Shown: positions 27,585 to 43,874, counted from the stretch's first letter. The stretch is 64,000 bases of DNA from Octopus vulgaris (GCA_951406725.2 OX597822.1:104656001-104720000), one strand, 5' to 3'. A program made the numbers and translations. The notes: generated by a model from the sequence alone, not told the origin.

Positions 27585-27997
27585 GGCGCAGGAGTGGCTG
27601 TGTGGTAAGTAGCTTGCTAACCAACCACATGGTTCCGGGTTCCGTGGCATCTTGGGCAAGTGTCTTCTGCTATAGCCCCGGGCCGACCAATGCCTTGTGA
27701 GTGGATTTGGTAGACAGAAACGGAAAGAAGCCTGTCGTATATATGTATATATATATATATATATTGTGTGTGTGTGTGTGTGTGTGTCTGTGTTTGTCCC
27801 CCTAGCATTGCTTGACAACCGATGCTGGTGTGTTTACGTCCTCGTCACTTAGCGGTTCGGCAAAAGAGACCGATAGAATAAGTACTGGGCTTACAAAAGA
27901 ATAAGTCCCGGGGTCGAGTTGCTCGACTAAAGGCGGTGCTGCAGCATGGCCGCAGTCAAATGACTGAAACAAGTAAAAGAGAAAAGAGAATAAAAGA
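27585..27997 (+). mobile_element. tRNA-derived SINE family C
   Basis: GGCGCAGGAGTGGCTGTGTGGTAAG head, internal (TA)n(TG)n, tail ...GACTGAAACAAG(TAAAAGAG)n. Confidence 0.88.
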
Positions 27998-28449
27998 GGC
28001 AGATACGCCGGGACATCAATGTTTAGCAGCATTTCGTCAGATTTAAGGTCTGAGTTTAAATTCCACCGAAGTTGACTTTGCCTTTCACCCTTTCGTGGTC
28101 TATAAAATACGTACCAGTTGAGTACTGGGGTCTACGTAAGCGACTTACCCCACTGCCCCGGAAAACTGGTCTTTGGGCAAAAATTTGAAACCAATAATTC
28201 ATTTCTTGCACAATACGTTTGCTATAAAATATAAAGAAAACTTATCTGAAAAAGAAAACATTTATTCTGTTGTATCTGGGGAGAGTCATTTTCTTTTTGT
28301 GCCTTATAATATAACACACTTACCGGTAAAATTTCCACATTTTTCTTATTTTTATTTACCTAAAATTTTCGTTGCGTCTTGCAACCTTTTCAATATTTTT
28401 GACTCTGTCCATTATTTACACTGCGTCCCCTTTTATTATATTATAAGGA

Positions 28450-28835
28450 GGAGGCGCAATGGCCCAGTGGTTAGGGCAGCGGACTCGCGGTCGTAGGATC
28501 GCGGTTTCGATTCCTAGACCGGGCGTTGTGAGTGTTTATTGAGCGAAAACACCTAAAGCTCCACGGGGCTCCGGCAGGGGATGGTGGTGATCCCTGCTGT
28601 ACTCTTTCACCACAACTTTCACTCACTCTTTCTTCCTGTTTCTGTTGTACCTATATTTCAAAGGGCCGGCCTTGTCACTCTCTGTGTCACGCTGAATATC
28701 CCCGAGAACTACGTTAAGGGTACACGTGTGTCTGTGGAGTGCTCAGCCACTTACACGTTAATTTCACGAGCAGGCTGTTCCGTTGGTCGGATCAACCGGA
28801 ACCCTCATCGTCGTAACCGACGGAGTGCTTTCATT
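28450..28835 (+). mobile_element. SINE family B
   Basis: Full-length copy; TSD ATATTATAAGG. Confidence 0.9.
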
Positions 28836-29764
28836 CCCATATATTATAAGGCACAAAAAGAATATTACTCTCCCCAGACACAACAGAATATGCTTCAACA
28901 CACGAACTGATGTAAAGAATCTTGCAAACCAAATCCAAAAACGAAATACATTTATTACTTTATATTTTTTTCATATCAAATGTGGTTGGTTAAACTTTGT
29001 AGCCTATGTACCATGTATTATAAGTATTCATAATTTGAATCCTTATTTTAGTGAGGAAATATGACATATGGTATATGCAGAGAGTTGTGAGGCGTGTTCT
29101 CAGAAGACAGATTCAACATCGAAAACTGATAATATACTTCAGTGTTCGCGGTTATGCAAACTAGTTGTTCTATAGGCTCCCTCCCCAACCCATCTTTCAC
29201 TTCTATCCCTCCTTCTCTTTCCCCTTCATCGTTTGTCCTCCCTTCAGGAAGATACTTTTATTTGTCTAAAGTTCCACCTTCACCAAGAAATTGATATTTT
29301 ACGAGTGCCGTTATAGAAATCAAATTCTCTACAAATCGTTCGGTAAAATAATAAAAAAAACAAAAAATATGACAGCGAAACCAAATCAATCATACGATAC
29401 GAATACGATTGCATCGGTCCTCATTTCTGCGTCTGAGACTCTGACGGGTTGCTATAAATAAAGGTCATAACAAATAAACATACAATACAAAGAATATAAT
29501 AAATAAACGTTGATATATGACAGTGATTAATAAAATGTTGTTGTGAATTCCATAAAACAGATTTATTAACATTTTATTTCATTCATATAAGATATCATTT
29601 AAAAACATAATGCTGATTTATTCAGCGATTCCATTACCATTTTTAGTAGTTCCTGTGAAGTATGATGTTTTTATATATATATGTTTCTTTTTTTTTTCCA
29701 TTTGTCTCTTTTATTTCTAAAATCTATCTTCTCGAGAAACTTTTGTGTAAATTGCTACTAATAG

Positions 29765-31300
<1,536 letters not shown>

Positions 31301-31734
31301 TTTTCTGGTTTTTTTTTTTGTGTGTAGCTGAGTCTACTGCTGTTTAGCGATGGATCTTATATATATATATTTTTTCTTTCTGCTCCCAGAAAACTGCCTG
31401 CATGTAAGAAAATGAATCAACTTAAAAGCAAGACATAATTGTATCATACTGTTTTCTTTTACAACATAGCTATTACATTCTTGATATATATATATGTCTC
31501 TTTGTTTTGTTTTTGTGTTTTTGTTTTTTGTTTCCTTTTTTGTTTTCATTTATTATTATTAGTTTGTTTTTTTTCGTTAAATTTCTGTTCTTTCTGCAGC
31601 TTACATATTTGAAAACTCTGAAAGAAACCACATTTATAAAACTATTTTGTTTTTTGTTTTATTTGTTTTGTTTTATTTTTTTTTTTTTTTTTTTTTTTTT
31701 TGGTCTCCCCACTCGCCCTCACCAACTGCATTCT

Positions 31735-31758
31735 CATACTACTACAACTACTACAACA

Positions 31759-31822
<64 letters not shown>

Positions 31823-31968
31823 GCAGCACTGCTGCTGCCGCTGCTTCTGCTGCCACTACTACTACTGCTAGTACAGCTGCTGTTACTGCTATTGCACCTA
31901 GTACAACTTTCACCGCAACCATCATCACAACCACCACCAAAACCACCACCACCACCACCATAACCACC

Positions 31969-32016
<48 letters not shown>

Positions 32017-32135
32017 GCTGCCATTGCTGCTGCACTGCTACTACTGCTGTTGCTCCTGCTGCTGCTGCTGTTGTTACCACCACCATCCACCACCATCCAC
32101 CATCCACCACCATCCACCATCCACCACCATCCATG
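31735..32135. repeat. Mosaic trinucleotide low-complexity tract (ACT/GCT/ACC)
   Basis: Alternating (ACT)n, (GCT)n, (ACC)n and (CCATCCACCA)n. Confidence 0.9.
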
Positions 32136-32526
32136 TTCCAATTGTGTGTATTCTCAGTTGTGTACAACATTGTTGTTTCGGGTTTTACATGACTGTAATT
32201 GCATATCGCAATAGTTTAGCTTTGTCGCGGGGGAGTATTATGTAAGTGTGTAAGGGTGGTGCGTTGTGTTCTTCAGCAAAACATCTCCTATCACGTTGCT
32301 ATGGGATCACTTCAATACCTGATGTGTAACACAATGTGCGCCTGCAAGCAACGTGGATTTCGTGGAGGGAGTGAGCTATTTTACAGAACATACGTTTGAT
32401 CACTATAAACAAAATCATTTGTACTGGTTGTCTAGCAAGAGAGTGGTACAGGTGCTTGCGCCTGACGCTGTTAAAATGATCTCGCTTGCTGCACTTTCTG
32501 TTGATGACGTTTTTAGTTTGGATTTT

Positions 32527-32891
32527 GCTGCTGTTGCAGTTGCTGTTAGGCGTAGCGGTCTTCGTCCAGTGGGAGAGGTCCGAAACGTGGTCCTTTGCTA
32601 TTCGTAAGACCCGCAGAAGAGAAAACAGGTCAACCCCCGACACCGAGATGGGTGAATGCGCACCTAGCCTCAACGGTTGCGTAGGAAGTCGGGGACAAGA
32701 AACAGGAAGAAAGAGTGAGAGAAAGTTGGAGCGAAAGAGTACAGCAGGGATCGCCACCACCCCCTGCCGGAGCCTCATGGAACTTTAGGTGTTTTCGCCC
32801 AGTAAACACACACAACGCCCGGTCTGGGAATCGAAACCGCGATCCTCCGACCGCGAGTCCGCTGCCCTAACCATTGGGCTATTGCGCCTCC
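32527..32891 (-). mobile_element. SINE family B variant (same head and core, different 3' body)
   Basis: 32697-32891 matches family B; 32527-32696 is unrelated to the other B tails and ends in (CAG/CAA)-like repeats. Confidence 0.82.
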
Positions 32892-35742
32892 ACTGCTGCT
32901 GCTGCTCTTTACACTGATGTTGTTGGTGTTGTTGTCTGGCCAGAAACTGCAGAACTCTCTTTCAGAGACTACGGGAGACTGCATCACTCGTTCAGTAATA
33001 GCTAGATCCACCTGACACACATTACTGATTTGTGGCGCTATGTGAATACTTGCCGCGTGTAGGGCTGATGAGGTTATCGGCTGAGCCCATCGTGAAGTTC
33101 GACCCATTACCTCCCTCTAACCGGGAAGAAAAAGTTGTTTTATTGGCCTTTTAGCTTGTCTTTCCCGGTGGACTTTCGGAGCAGAGCTTATGGATATCTG
33201 GCGATAAACTCTACAGGCACGGAAGTGCTGTCAGAAGGACGTGTCCGAGATGTGAGTAGCGTGATTAAACCGTTCTGCATGCACTCGTCTAATGTCCGAG
33301 CTTTGCTGACGTGTTGAGCTTTGTCGAACAGCTGTTGACGCGTGTAGGACGGATCTGGCTATCAACAATTACGATCTTCACGAGTCCATCGTGAAGATCG
33401 CCAACCACCTTCTTTTGGCAGGGAAGGGAAGGCAATTTTCCTCTCTCTGGTGGTTATGGCGAAAGTGGTAGTCGTGGGTCAGGTTGAATGAACTCTTCGG
33501 CCAAGTAATTACGAACTTTTTCAGGTTCCACTTAGAGAGGGAAGTGAAGATGGAGAAGGAAGTGATGCCCCATAGTATTTTGGTAGAAAGGTGAGTTGAA
33601 GTGGCGAGGATGGCCTCTGTGAATGGGCTTCCTTTGAGCATGCGCTTGTAGGCTAGAGGGAATGTAGAGTAAAGAGGCGCCTTCCTGAACTACCCAGGCG
33701 ATCGGGATAATTAGGATGAGAATGGCGATATCAAAAGGGAAATAAGGGGAACAACATAGTGCAGAAACAAACCTGCAGAACACGGTCTTAAGAACACCAG
33801 AAATCATAAATTTGAAGATGGTGGAAAAGATCAAGTCAAAAGACAGTGCAAAATGCAAAATAATATATAAATAAGAATAGAGATTATGCTGAAAATTAAA
33901 GGGAACCCCAATGAAAGGAAACTAGAAAGTGATGAGATAAAGTCCACAACACAGGAGAAAATTGAAGGTTACATGGTGGGCTGGAATAGTTGCCCACAAC
34001 AGATAGCCACATATCTCTAGGCAATTTCAACATTCCACATATTTTTATATAACTTTGCCTCAATCCACGCATGCTGCAAATCACATTCAATGTGTTTTTC
34101 CTGTATATTTTGAGGTGTTGCAGCTAAAAAAAAGAGGTTATTTTTATCATTATTATTATTATTTTGAGATAAATTGATGACAGATTAAAATGAACACTCA
34201 AAGATACCTCTTTTTATTCTTTGTTCTGAGATCGTCTTAAACTGTTATTCTTCCAGTTTCATAAATGTAATTACTAATTAAATACTGAGATCGATAGAAT
34301 AGGTTATGCTTGCACCGGAAACTTCCAAACAAGTAATCCTTATGGAGAATCATCTTTATCATTGAAATATAGAATTATCATCTTGACGAAGCGAAATCGC
34401 AATCCTTAATCCTTTTCACATCATTTACGTTGGCAATACACTTAATAAAGATATAAAATAGACTTTCTTAGGACAGCCATAATCTATAATTTAATCTTAT
34501 CCTAAAACTCTCAGACTTCATGCTATGAACGGCAAATCTATTATTCAACTATTTATCAGTAACTCGGTATAATTCCTCTCCGATGCTCTACGTCATAATT
34601 TTAAGATAGATAGCTTATGACCTTTCATTGCTGGTGCATGCTTTGTTCCTATGTGAGCAGTAAATAAAACGACATCGGCCTCAGTAGGATCAGATCTGCA
34701 AAACTACATACATAAAAAAGAATCTGATTCAGTGTCTAGTTATTTGTGTTAACGACACGGAAGCATACTTTTGGTTTGTAATTGTATTACAACATTTAAT
34801 ATTACACATTATTCATTGGGATTTGTAACAAATTTTCATAATTTGAAGTCTAACTCAGAGAATATAGGGACAGTATTAAGCGTTTTTAACTTGATATTGA
34901 ATAGAATTTATTTTCAATCAAGTATCGTTTTGATGTAATAACGGACAAACTATTTAGAAAATTATACTAGGAAACATTGAAACTACACGATAAATGTAGT
35001 TGCTGTAATAATCTTTACAAATAGCTAATGCGTTATTAATTTAGTTAGGACTAATTGTGCTTCGCAAGGCTTAAGCTTGCAGTGAATACAAAGGTTCCTG
35101 TGCAGTAAATTACCAATGTTGTAGAGTGGTATAGCGAGGAATCGCGATTTCTTTGACTGCTTCAATGTCAATAACGCAGTAAAAATATGGACGGGGATAT
35201 ATTGACTGGCTACAGAGGAGCAGCATTATGTATGCAAGCGAGAGCACAGTCGCCTGATGGCTACTGAATAACGGCTTAGGTGGAGTTGGGAACAAGCCAG
35301 GAAAGGCTGAGGTAGTAATGAGCGAAGAAGCAGCGGAGAGATATCATCCAAGGCTGGAATAAAGATGTGGGACATAATAAATGAATAAATAAATAGGTAA
35401 ATAAATAAATAACTAAAGGGTAACATAAATAAAGAGGCTATACTGAATGCAATGTTGATTACTTCTACGTGTAACAGATATTCTAGGCAATTTTTTAGAC
35501 TGTCTGACACAGACATATTTCAGATAAGTCAGACAGTGAAATACTGTTAGGTGTTAAAAGAATAGATAGATGTACGGTACGTGGTGTAATGTTGTGCAGA
35601 TCGAAGCGGGGTGGGAATCCCACATTATAAAAAAAAAAAATAATAAAAGAGACATTCTATATTAAGTAAGTTATAAAAATCTGCATTAATAAAGTAGTTT
35701 ACACCAACAAAAGATATTAATATCAATGATCGCAACATATAT

Positions 35743-36112
35743 GGAAGCACTCCGTCGTTTACGACGACGAGGGTTCCAGTCGATCCGATCAACATCCTGC
35801 TCGTGAAATTAACGTGCAAGTGGATGAGCACTCCACAGACACGTGTACCCTTAACGTAGTTCTCGGGGATATTCAGCGTGACACAGAGAGTGACAAGGCC
35901 GGCCCTTTGAAATACACGTACAACAGAAACAGGAAGTAAGAGAAAGTTGTGGTGAAAGAGTACAGCAGGGATCACCACCATCCCCTGCCGGAGCCTCGTG
36001 GAGCTTTAGGTGTTTTCGCTCAATAAACACTCACAACGCCCGGTCTGGGAATCGAAACCGCGATCCTACGACCGCGAGTCCGCTGCCCTAACCACTGGGC
36101 CATTGCGCCTCC
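35743..36112 (-). mobile_element. SINE family B
   Basis: Reverse complement of the consensus; TSD GCAACATATAT. Confidence 0.9.
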
Positions 36113-36712
36113 ACAGCAACATATATACTAACTACGGTATCAAGAACTAACCAATGTGTCAACATACATAACTAGATAGGGTGTCAAGAATATTGTACTT
36201 TTGCTTAAAGTAGCGGCTGGTTTCCTACTATTTTGAAATTTAGATTTCTATTTCAGAAAGTTAGTATTCGTTGACAATAATAGCAATCTAAACTTAACCT
36301 GAACTAGTTTTGCACTGAAGTGTGGACTATATTGCATGAGACAGCATGAACATAAATACGTTAGAGCATGAAAAGCGGCACTTAAGTGCATGCAAGATAT
36401 TTTTACTATTAAAGCGACTCGATTAAAGTAGACAGCATCTATTTCGCGTCTATAACATTATTCTGCTGTTGTATCGAGTATATATACATACACACGCACA
36501 GTCACATGTATGTATGTATGTATGTGTATGTATGTATGTATGTATGTATGTATGTATGTATGTATGTATGTGTGTATGTATGTATGTAGGTAGTTAGGTA
36601 GGTAGGTAGTTAGTTAGGTAGATAGGTATGTATGTATGTATGTATGTTTGTATGTATGTGTGTATGTATGTATGTGTGTATGTATATATATATATATCTA
36701 TATATATATATA

Positions 36713-36877
36713 GGCGCAGGAGTGGCTGTGTGGTAAGTAGCTTGCTACCCAACCACATGGTTCCGGGTTCAGTCCCACTGCGTGGCATCTTGGGCATGTG
36801 TCTTCTGCTATAGCACCGGGCCGACCAATGCCTTGTGAGTGGATTTGGTAGACAGAAACTGAAAGAAGCCTGTCGTA

Positions 36878-36928
<51 letters not shown>

Positions 36929-37148
36929 TGGTGTGTGTGTCTGTGTTAGTCCTGCTAGCATTGCTTGACAACCGATGCTGGTGTGTTTACGTCACCGTCA
37001 CTGGCGGTTCGGCAAAAGAGGCCGATAGAATAAGTACTGGGCTTACAAAAAATAAGTCCCGGGGTTGATTTGCTCGACTAAAGGCGGTGCTCCAGCATGG
37101 CCGCAGTCAAATGACTGAAACAAGTAAAAGAGTAAAAGAGTAAAGAGT
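36713..37148 (+). mobile_element. SINE family C
   Basis: Full-length copy. Confidence 0.9.
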
Positions 37149-37412
37149 ATATAATTCTAGTGAAGTATCGAACGTATGCCTGTAACGTATCACTAGGATT
37201 ATGTGTGCGCGCGCACGCACATACACACACAGATTCTATCTCTCTCTTACATAACTTAAACTTTTACAAGAAGGATGTCAATGGCTTCGAAATTTTTGCA
37301 CGCTTACGCATCTGAGAAGTCAGCCGAAGGCAAGCAAACCGAAAATTCGAAGTTACTGACAAGCGTGAACTCTACTAAAAGTATTCAGTAACCCTTCAAT
37401 TTAATTTTAAAC

Positions 37413-37476
<64 letters not shown>

Positions 37477-37482
<6 letters not shown>

Positions 37483-37699
37483 AATTTTCAACAAACAGTT
37501 AAAGGTTGTCATCATTATACTCAGAGTTTCGAATGGCGGATCGAAGAGCTACGATACATTCTCGTCGGCTACTAATGGCAACAAACATACACTGTTGCCA
37601 TTAATACTCGACGGGAATACATCGTAGCTCTTCGCTCCGACTTTCAAAACTCCGAGTACTATAACGACAATCTTTTACTGTTTATTCTAAATTATAACA
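37477..37699. repeat. ~220-bp imperfect palindrome (foldback MITE-like)
   Basis: Arms include CGAAGAGCTACGAT/ATCGTAGCTCTTCG and TAATGGCAACA/TGTTGCCATTA around a 9-nt loop. Confidence 0.85.
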
Positions 37700-37755
37700 T
37701 TTACAAATCATCCTCTATTTATCTAATATCGAGGTCTCATTCTTTTGTTGCTACC

Positions 37756-37853
<98 letters not shown>

Positions 37854-39347
37854 AACAGAAACACATAATTTTAGTGAAGCATTGATTACATACCTGTGTC
37901 ACATCACTAGAACATACATACACACACATACAGACACACAAATATATCGTTGTTATAAGCATCAACATTTAGATAGATGCTTGTATGTATGTGCGTCTGA
38001 CTGTCTGTCTGTACGTATGCCTGTATGCATCTATGTATGTATGAATGGTCGCATGTACGAATGCACATTTCATTCTTTTCTACAAAGCGTTTCATTTAGT
38101 GCCATTCACTGCTTAATTAAATGGTATACATGTCAAAGTTTAAACTAAAATTGTTAGAGTAAGTAAATAATCGCCACTACACAGCGTGGTCGGATACTGA
38201 CATTGGTTGCGTGACAACACACATCAATATCTCAAAGTTTATCTTTTTGATATGGACAGGTATGAAAGCTTTCTTACTTTAGGCAATAAGTTGTGTGACT
38301 CTACCTTCCTCCTTAGTACAATAAATACAGCATTAATGATCGGCTCTATATTAAGATTACTTCACGTATAGTCTCCGCTGTCATATAGAAACTCACCCTT
38401 CGACATTTTAATAGCCGAAAGCTAATACATAATATCCCATTTAATATATATTCTGGTTTGAAATATAATATTTATCTTCATCTGTCAGGCAATTACTATT
38501 ATACTTTGAGATCATTTCATTTTCACTAGCAATACTGTAAGCTTAATATTATACTTTCAGGTTTTTTTTTATATGTATATAAACCACCCAGTATTTCACT
38601 TGTACGTATTTTACGCTTCACAAAGTCGTGATCATTGTTCTAAAGAAATATATAATATCTATTCCTCTTTTAATCATCTGGTATATTATTCACCTATTTT
38701 CGCATTGATTGTTTCTTGGTATGACGATTATTTTTGTTTCTACTGTATAAGTTGAATACAACTTGAGCTTTTAATACGAGATAGGCTATTGGAAATCATC
38801 CATCATATACGCACCCTAATTTGAGGACTATGGTTCAGATTCAACAGAAATATCGATCAGCACGATTGAGGATTTTAGTATAAATTGAATGATGAAGCAG
38901 CTTCTTGTTTTCGTCGATTCCACAAAATTACTTAATACTAATGAAATATCTAATAATTAAACGGCGAAATGTTCAAGACGAGTTGTTGATAATAATATTA
39001 TTACCACCCATAATATTAATCCCACCAGAGGTTATAAACACATCTACAACTAAGCTGAGCGATGACGATAAGAATTTGCATCCATAGGATCATCATGTTA
39101 ACTCTGTAAATATATATATATATATAGCAACAACATGAACTCAAAAACACGGAAAAATTATATCTCAAAAATTACAAAAATAAACCTTTTAATACCGACC
39201 CACCAACTTCATATTCGAAAGTGACCCATTAACTTCATTTTCAAGCGCCTTAAATGTAATTATCCTCCCATCAAAATTTTAGGTTTGAATATCAACTTCG
39301 TAAAGGTATTTGACTAAATTCCTCATTATATTCTACATTAATCGGAG

Positions 39348-39575
39348 GGCGGCGAGCTGGCAGAACAGTTAGCACGCCGGGCGAAATACGTAACTGTATT
39401 TCGTCTGCCGCTACGTTCTGAGTTCAAATTCCGCCGAGGTCGACTTTGCTTTTCATCCTTTCGGGGTCGATAAATTAAGTACCAGTTACGCACTGGAGTC
39501 GATGTAATCGACTTAATCCGTTTGTCTGTCCTTGTTTGTCCCCTCTATGTTTAGCCGCTTGTGGGTTATAAAAAA
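39348..39575 (+). mobile_element. SINE family A
   Basis: Consensus match. Confidence 0.9.
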
Positions 39576-40308
39576 CAAATATTCTACATAAATCGTAATA
39601 AGGTAGTGTATCACAACAGAAATATGTTAATGTAAGGGTCGATATCAACTACATAAGACTTCGCAGAAATCGCTATCTGTAGAATACTGGGTAAAATGCC
39701 TGGCGGTATTTGCTCTGGTTTTTACGAACTTTGTTGAAATCCCTCCGAAGTCAACATTACTTTCGTTCTTCTAGTCAAATAACTGAATCGATAATATCGA
39801 GTGTTGGCTCCTGCCGAAGTTCTGGGTTATGATGATATTTGAAATTATAAATTATGCAACAGTTCCATATAGAGTAGCGAATTAAGCCCAGCAATTGTAG
39901 TCTAGCTGGAGCTACAGGAACTCGGCTTTTAAAATATTTTATTGCAGTCGCGGTTGTTGTTATATAGCGTTTGTCATAGCAATGACTGCAAAGAATACAA
40001 CATACATACATACAACCAATCAAATAACTGAGCGCAGCTAACAGAAATGTTGTTCCAAGTATGCCTTTCTCCTATCTTACAGCGTCCCTTATATTACTCG
40101 CTAACACCAATATTTAGTAATAAATGTACGCTGTTAGGGATACAGGGAAAGTGTGAAAATCTAACCATATATTCTTTCCCATGCCCAGTCTGTTTTGGTG
40201 CACTAGAAAATTCAGTTTCTTTTTTGCCACAAATAAGGTAGGTAAGGTAGAATCTAAGTAAACACGATTGTTAAGAAGTGACATGAAATATCTTTTTGAA
40301 AATGTATA

Positions 40309-40469
40309 GGCGTAGGAGTGGATGTGTGATAAGTAGATTGTTTACCCACCACATAGTTCCGGGTTCAGTCCCACTCCGTGGCCCCTTGGGCAAGCCTCGG
40401 GTCGACCAAAGCCTTGTGAGTGGATGTGGTACACGGAAACTCAAACAAGCGCGTCGTATATATGTATAA

Positions 40470-40519
<50 letters not shown>

Positions 40520-40779
40520 ATATGTGTGTGTGTGTATGTGTGTGTGTGTATGTGTGTGTGTGTGTGTGTTTGTGTGTCTGTGTTTGTCCCCCCAACATCA
40601 CTTGACAACCGATGCTGGTGTGTTTACGTCACCGTAACTTAGCGGTTCGGCAAAAGAGACCAATAGAATAAGTACTAGGCTTACAAAGAATAAGTCCTGG
40701 GGTCGATTTGCTCGACTAAAGGCGATGCTCCAGCATGGCCACAAACCAAATGACTGAAACAATCAAAAGAGTAAAAGAG
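40309..40779 (+). mobile_element. SINE family C
   Basis: Diverged full-length copy. Confidence 0.85.
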
Positions 40780-41331
40780 TTACAAAAATGAACAATTCTA
40801 CAGACTGATCTGGTTATGCATCTGCATTCCTCATATTCTGTTCATTTCAGTCAGTAACTATGAAAACATTTATTTCTAATTTTATACATTAAAATATACA
40901 AAGTATAATATATTTGATATTTCCATTTTAAGTAGAAAACATTTATTATTTCTTCTTATTAATATAAAACTTTTGATAACGTAATGTAAAACATCATAAG
41001 TATCGATTGTTTAAAACAAGAACCTGTTTATATTAATGTAGAATGAACAAATTCATCGGTGGTTTTTGGTGGAAAAAAAAATGGTTGTCAAATTCTCATT
41101 AGAGAAATGTTATGGTAATATATTTATGTCGCATTTGATATGCAATTCCATATTAAAAAAAAATTAACAATACTCTGGGAAATTCCAGCTGGAATATCAT
41201 CGAGAAGGCCGCCTGCATATATGCATACATACATGCATGCATGCAACATGCATATACATATGTACATAAATAAACGCACACAAATACATACATGCGTGCA
41301 TATGTACATACATACATATATATATATGCAT

Positions 41332-41400
<69 letters not shown>

Positions 41401-42214
41401 TAAATACACACATGAATATATATATACATATATATATATACATACATACACACACATACACGTATATATATATATATGTATATATGCATAAAACTTACAC
41501 ACACACATGTATATATTCTCGAGAAATGGAAGATAACAATGCAGTGCTTTGGAGTCATTATTTTTTTCTTAACTTGCAAGAATCTATTGACAGTGTTATT
41601 CTTTCGCTCTGTCCCTCTCTTTCTCTCTTTCTCTTACTTCCTCTCTCTCCTCTCACTTCTTCCCCCGTCTCTCTACGAAGATCTGTAAGTAAAGGCAATT
41701 ATTTCTATAAAAAAAACCCAGTATACTTGGTGAAATCATATAACCGTATCAGGTATTTTCTTACGATATGATATTATATTATGTAATATCATATAGCGAT
41801 AGAGTTGGCATACTGTGCTCCGTCTACTGAAATATCATTAGATCCTTGGCTCCAAAATAAAAAAAAAAGAAAAGAAAAGAAACAGGCAGGTGAATCCACT
41901 AAAGAAATGATCCATGAATAAGCGAAAATCCTTTCTGAGTGAATGATTTCAAGGAATTGATAGGAATAAGGGAAGATGTATTTCTATTTTTGTGTTCTTG
42001 CTAAGGGGGAGGGGGTAAATCTTTGTATGGCTTCTTAACACTGTGATAATTGAATTATAAGTCAAGCGGTTGACAGCAAAACATCTAATTAAAATGACTA
42101 CGATTTTAAAAAAATTGTCACTAGAATAGTGAGTTCGAATGTGAAATAACATTTCTAGAGAGGAGTATAGTTAAAAGATTAGTAATTTGTGATCTAGAGT
42201 GCACATTGTATGCA

Positions 42215-42302
<88 letters not shown>

Positions 42303-43480
42303 CTCAGACATACAAACATATATCTACTAAATTTTAAAAAGAAAAAGTTAGTATCAAATTCAATGTTTCCGCTTGCTGTCTTTCATTAGATTTCGAATTT
42401 ACTATCAACCTTTTTCTTGTAAAAGCTTTTATGTCTGTTCAATTTGTCTCATATATTTTAATTATTATTTTTTTAACTAAACAGTTTGAAACTTCGTATA
42501 CTGGTGGAATGTTTCGCGCAGAACAAGGTTTACTTTGAACATTTTAAACAAATTTTGGTATTTTAGAAATTATATTGTGCTAAAGCTGTCGAATTTGGGT
42601 AATTTCAAAAAATCAACGACGTGTATTCAGTTGACCAAAGCTACAGGTCATCTCTACTAAATGTCAACATTCTGTTCTATTCGTATGTCGAGCGAAGACG
42701 ATGTCACCTTTATCCTATGTTCCTTTCTAGTCAGCACCATGCCTTCCTTACTCTTTTCCTCCCTTCCGCACTCGTAACCAGCGAGCGAACAATTACTGCA
42801 TTTCTGATATATATGTTCTGTTTTTACCTTCATGTTTTGATAATTTTATTTTTAAACTAATAAAGACTTTTATATTGACGGAATGTGTTTGTTGTTGATT
42901 ATAGTAAGATAAAATCATGACAATAACAATACATTTCATAGTTGTAAAATGAGGCATTTTGAAACTACATACACGTTAGTAACAACAAAGCTAGCTACAC
43001 ACTTGTAGCTCCATAGGTCTTTTAAACACCGGTGCACTTTATGTGCGGATAAAACATCGATGTCGGGCAAACTAATAAATATATGTAAATAATATTTCTT
43101 CCTTCTTCGATGTTTGCTGATTACTCCGACGCGAGTAAAAATGAAATAGAACGGGGTCAACTCTACTAAATGTCAACATACTGTTCTATTTTATTTTTAC
43201 TCCAATATATGTCTCACATTTAAATATGTGGGTTTTAAACGAGGCACATAAAGACAAACATAGATAAATAGATTGATAGACAGATAGATAGAAAGATACT
43301 TATGCATATATACGTATACACACACAAACAAACACATGTATGTATATATTACTACGAAAATGTTATGTTCCACAGTAATAAATTTATATTAAGAAAACAA
43401 GAAGAAAAAAATCAATGTTTCAAAATACCCTAACTCGCTTTTAAAGACGATATATTTCCGTTAAAAGAAAATAGAACATA

Positions 43481-43874
43481 TCTTTATATATAAAAGTAAA
43501 GTTGTGTGTCTGTCTCCTACGATTTAGATTCCTAACTACTCCCACATTTTGCGGTGCAGTTTAACCAAAACCAGGTATCTTATAGTTGTGATTCATACCG
43601 AGCCCTTCTGGGTATTAGCGCGCGTCTACGATGAGTCTACGATTTTAAAAATAATTTACTATCATTTTTTCCATTTTAATGCATTTTTTCGCTATTATAT
43701 AAGGGAAGTAACTCTCTAAAAATGTCTACGATGAGTCAACGATTTAAAAAAAATTTACCATTATTTTTTTTCCATTTTTAATGCATTTTTTGCTATTTTT
43801 TTGGCTATAACTCTAAAAATGCTTATATAGTTATTTCCCTTACAAACCCGAGCAACGCCGGTCGATACTGCTAG
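43481..43874 (+). mobile_element. Non-autonomous Helitron, type 2
   Basis: A|TC...CTAG|T termini; CCCGAGCAACGCCGG hairpin region. Confidence 0.88.

Noticed and set aside
31507-32214. 235-aa Thr-rich, mucin-like ORF
   Set aside because: It is made of trinucleotide and poly-T tracts that are open in several frames on both strands.
32900-33860. GC-richer block with several short ORFs, possibly a LINE remnant
   Set aside because: I could read no diagnostic protein motif; it needs BLASTX.
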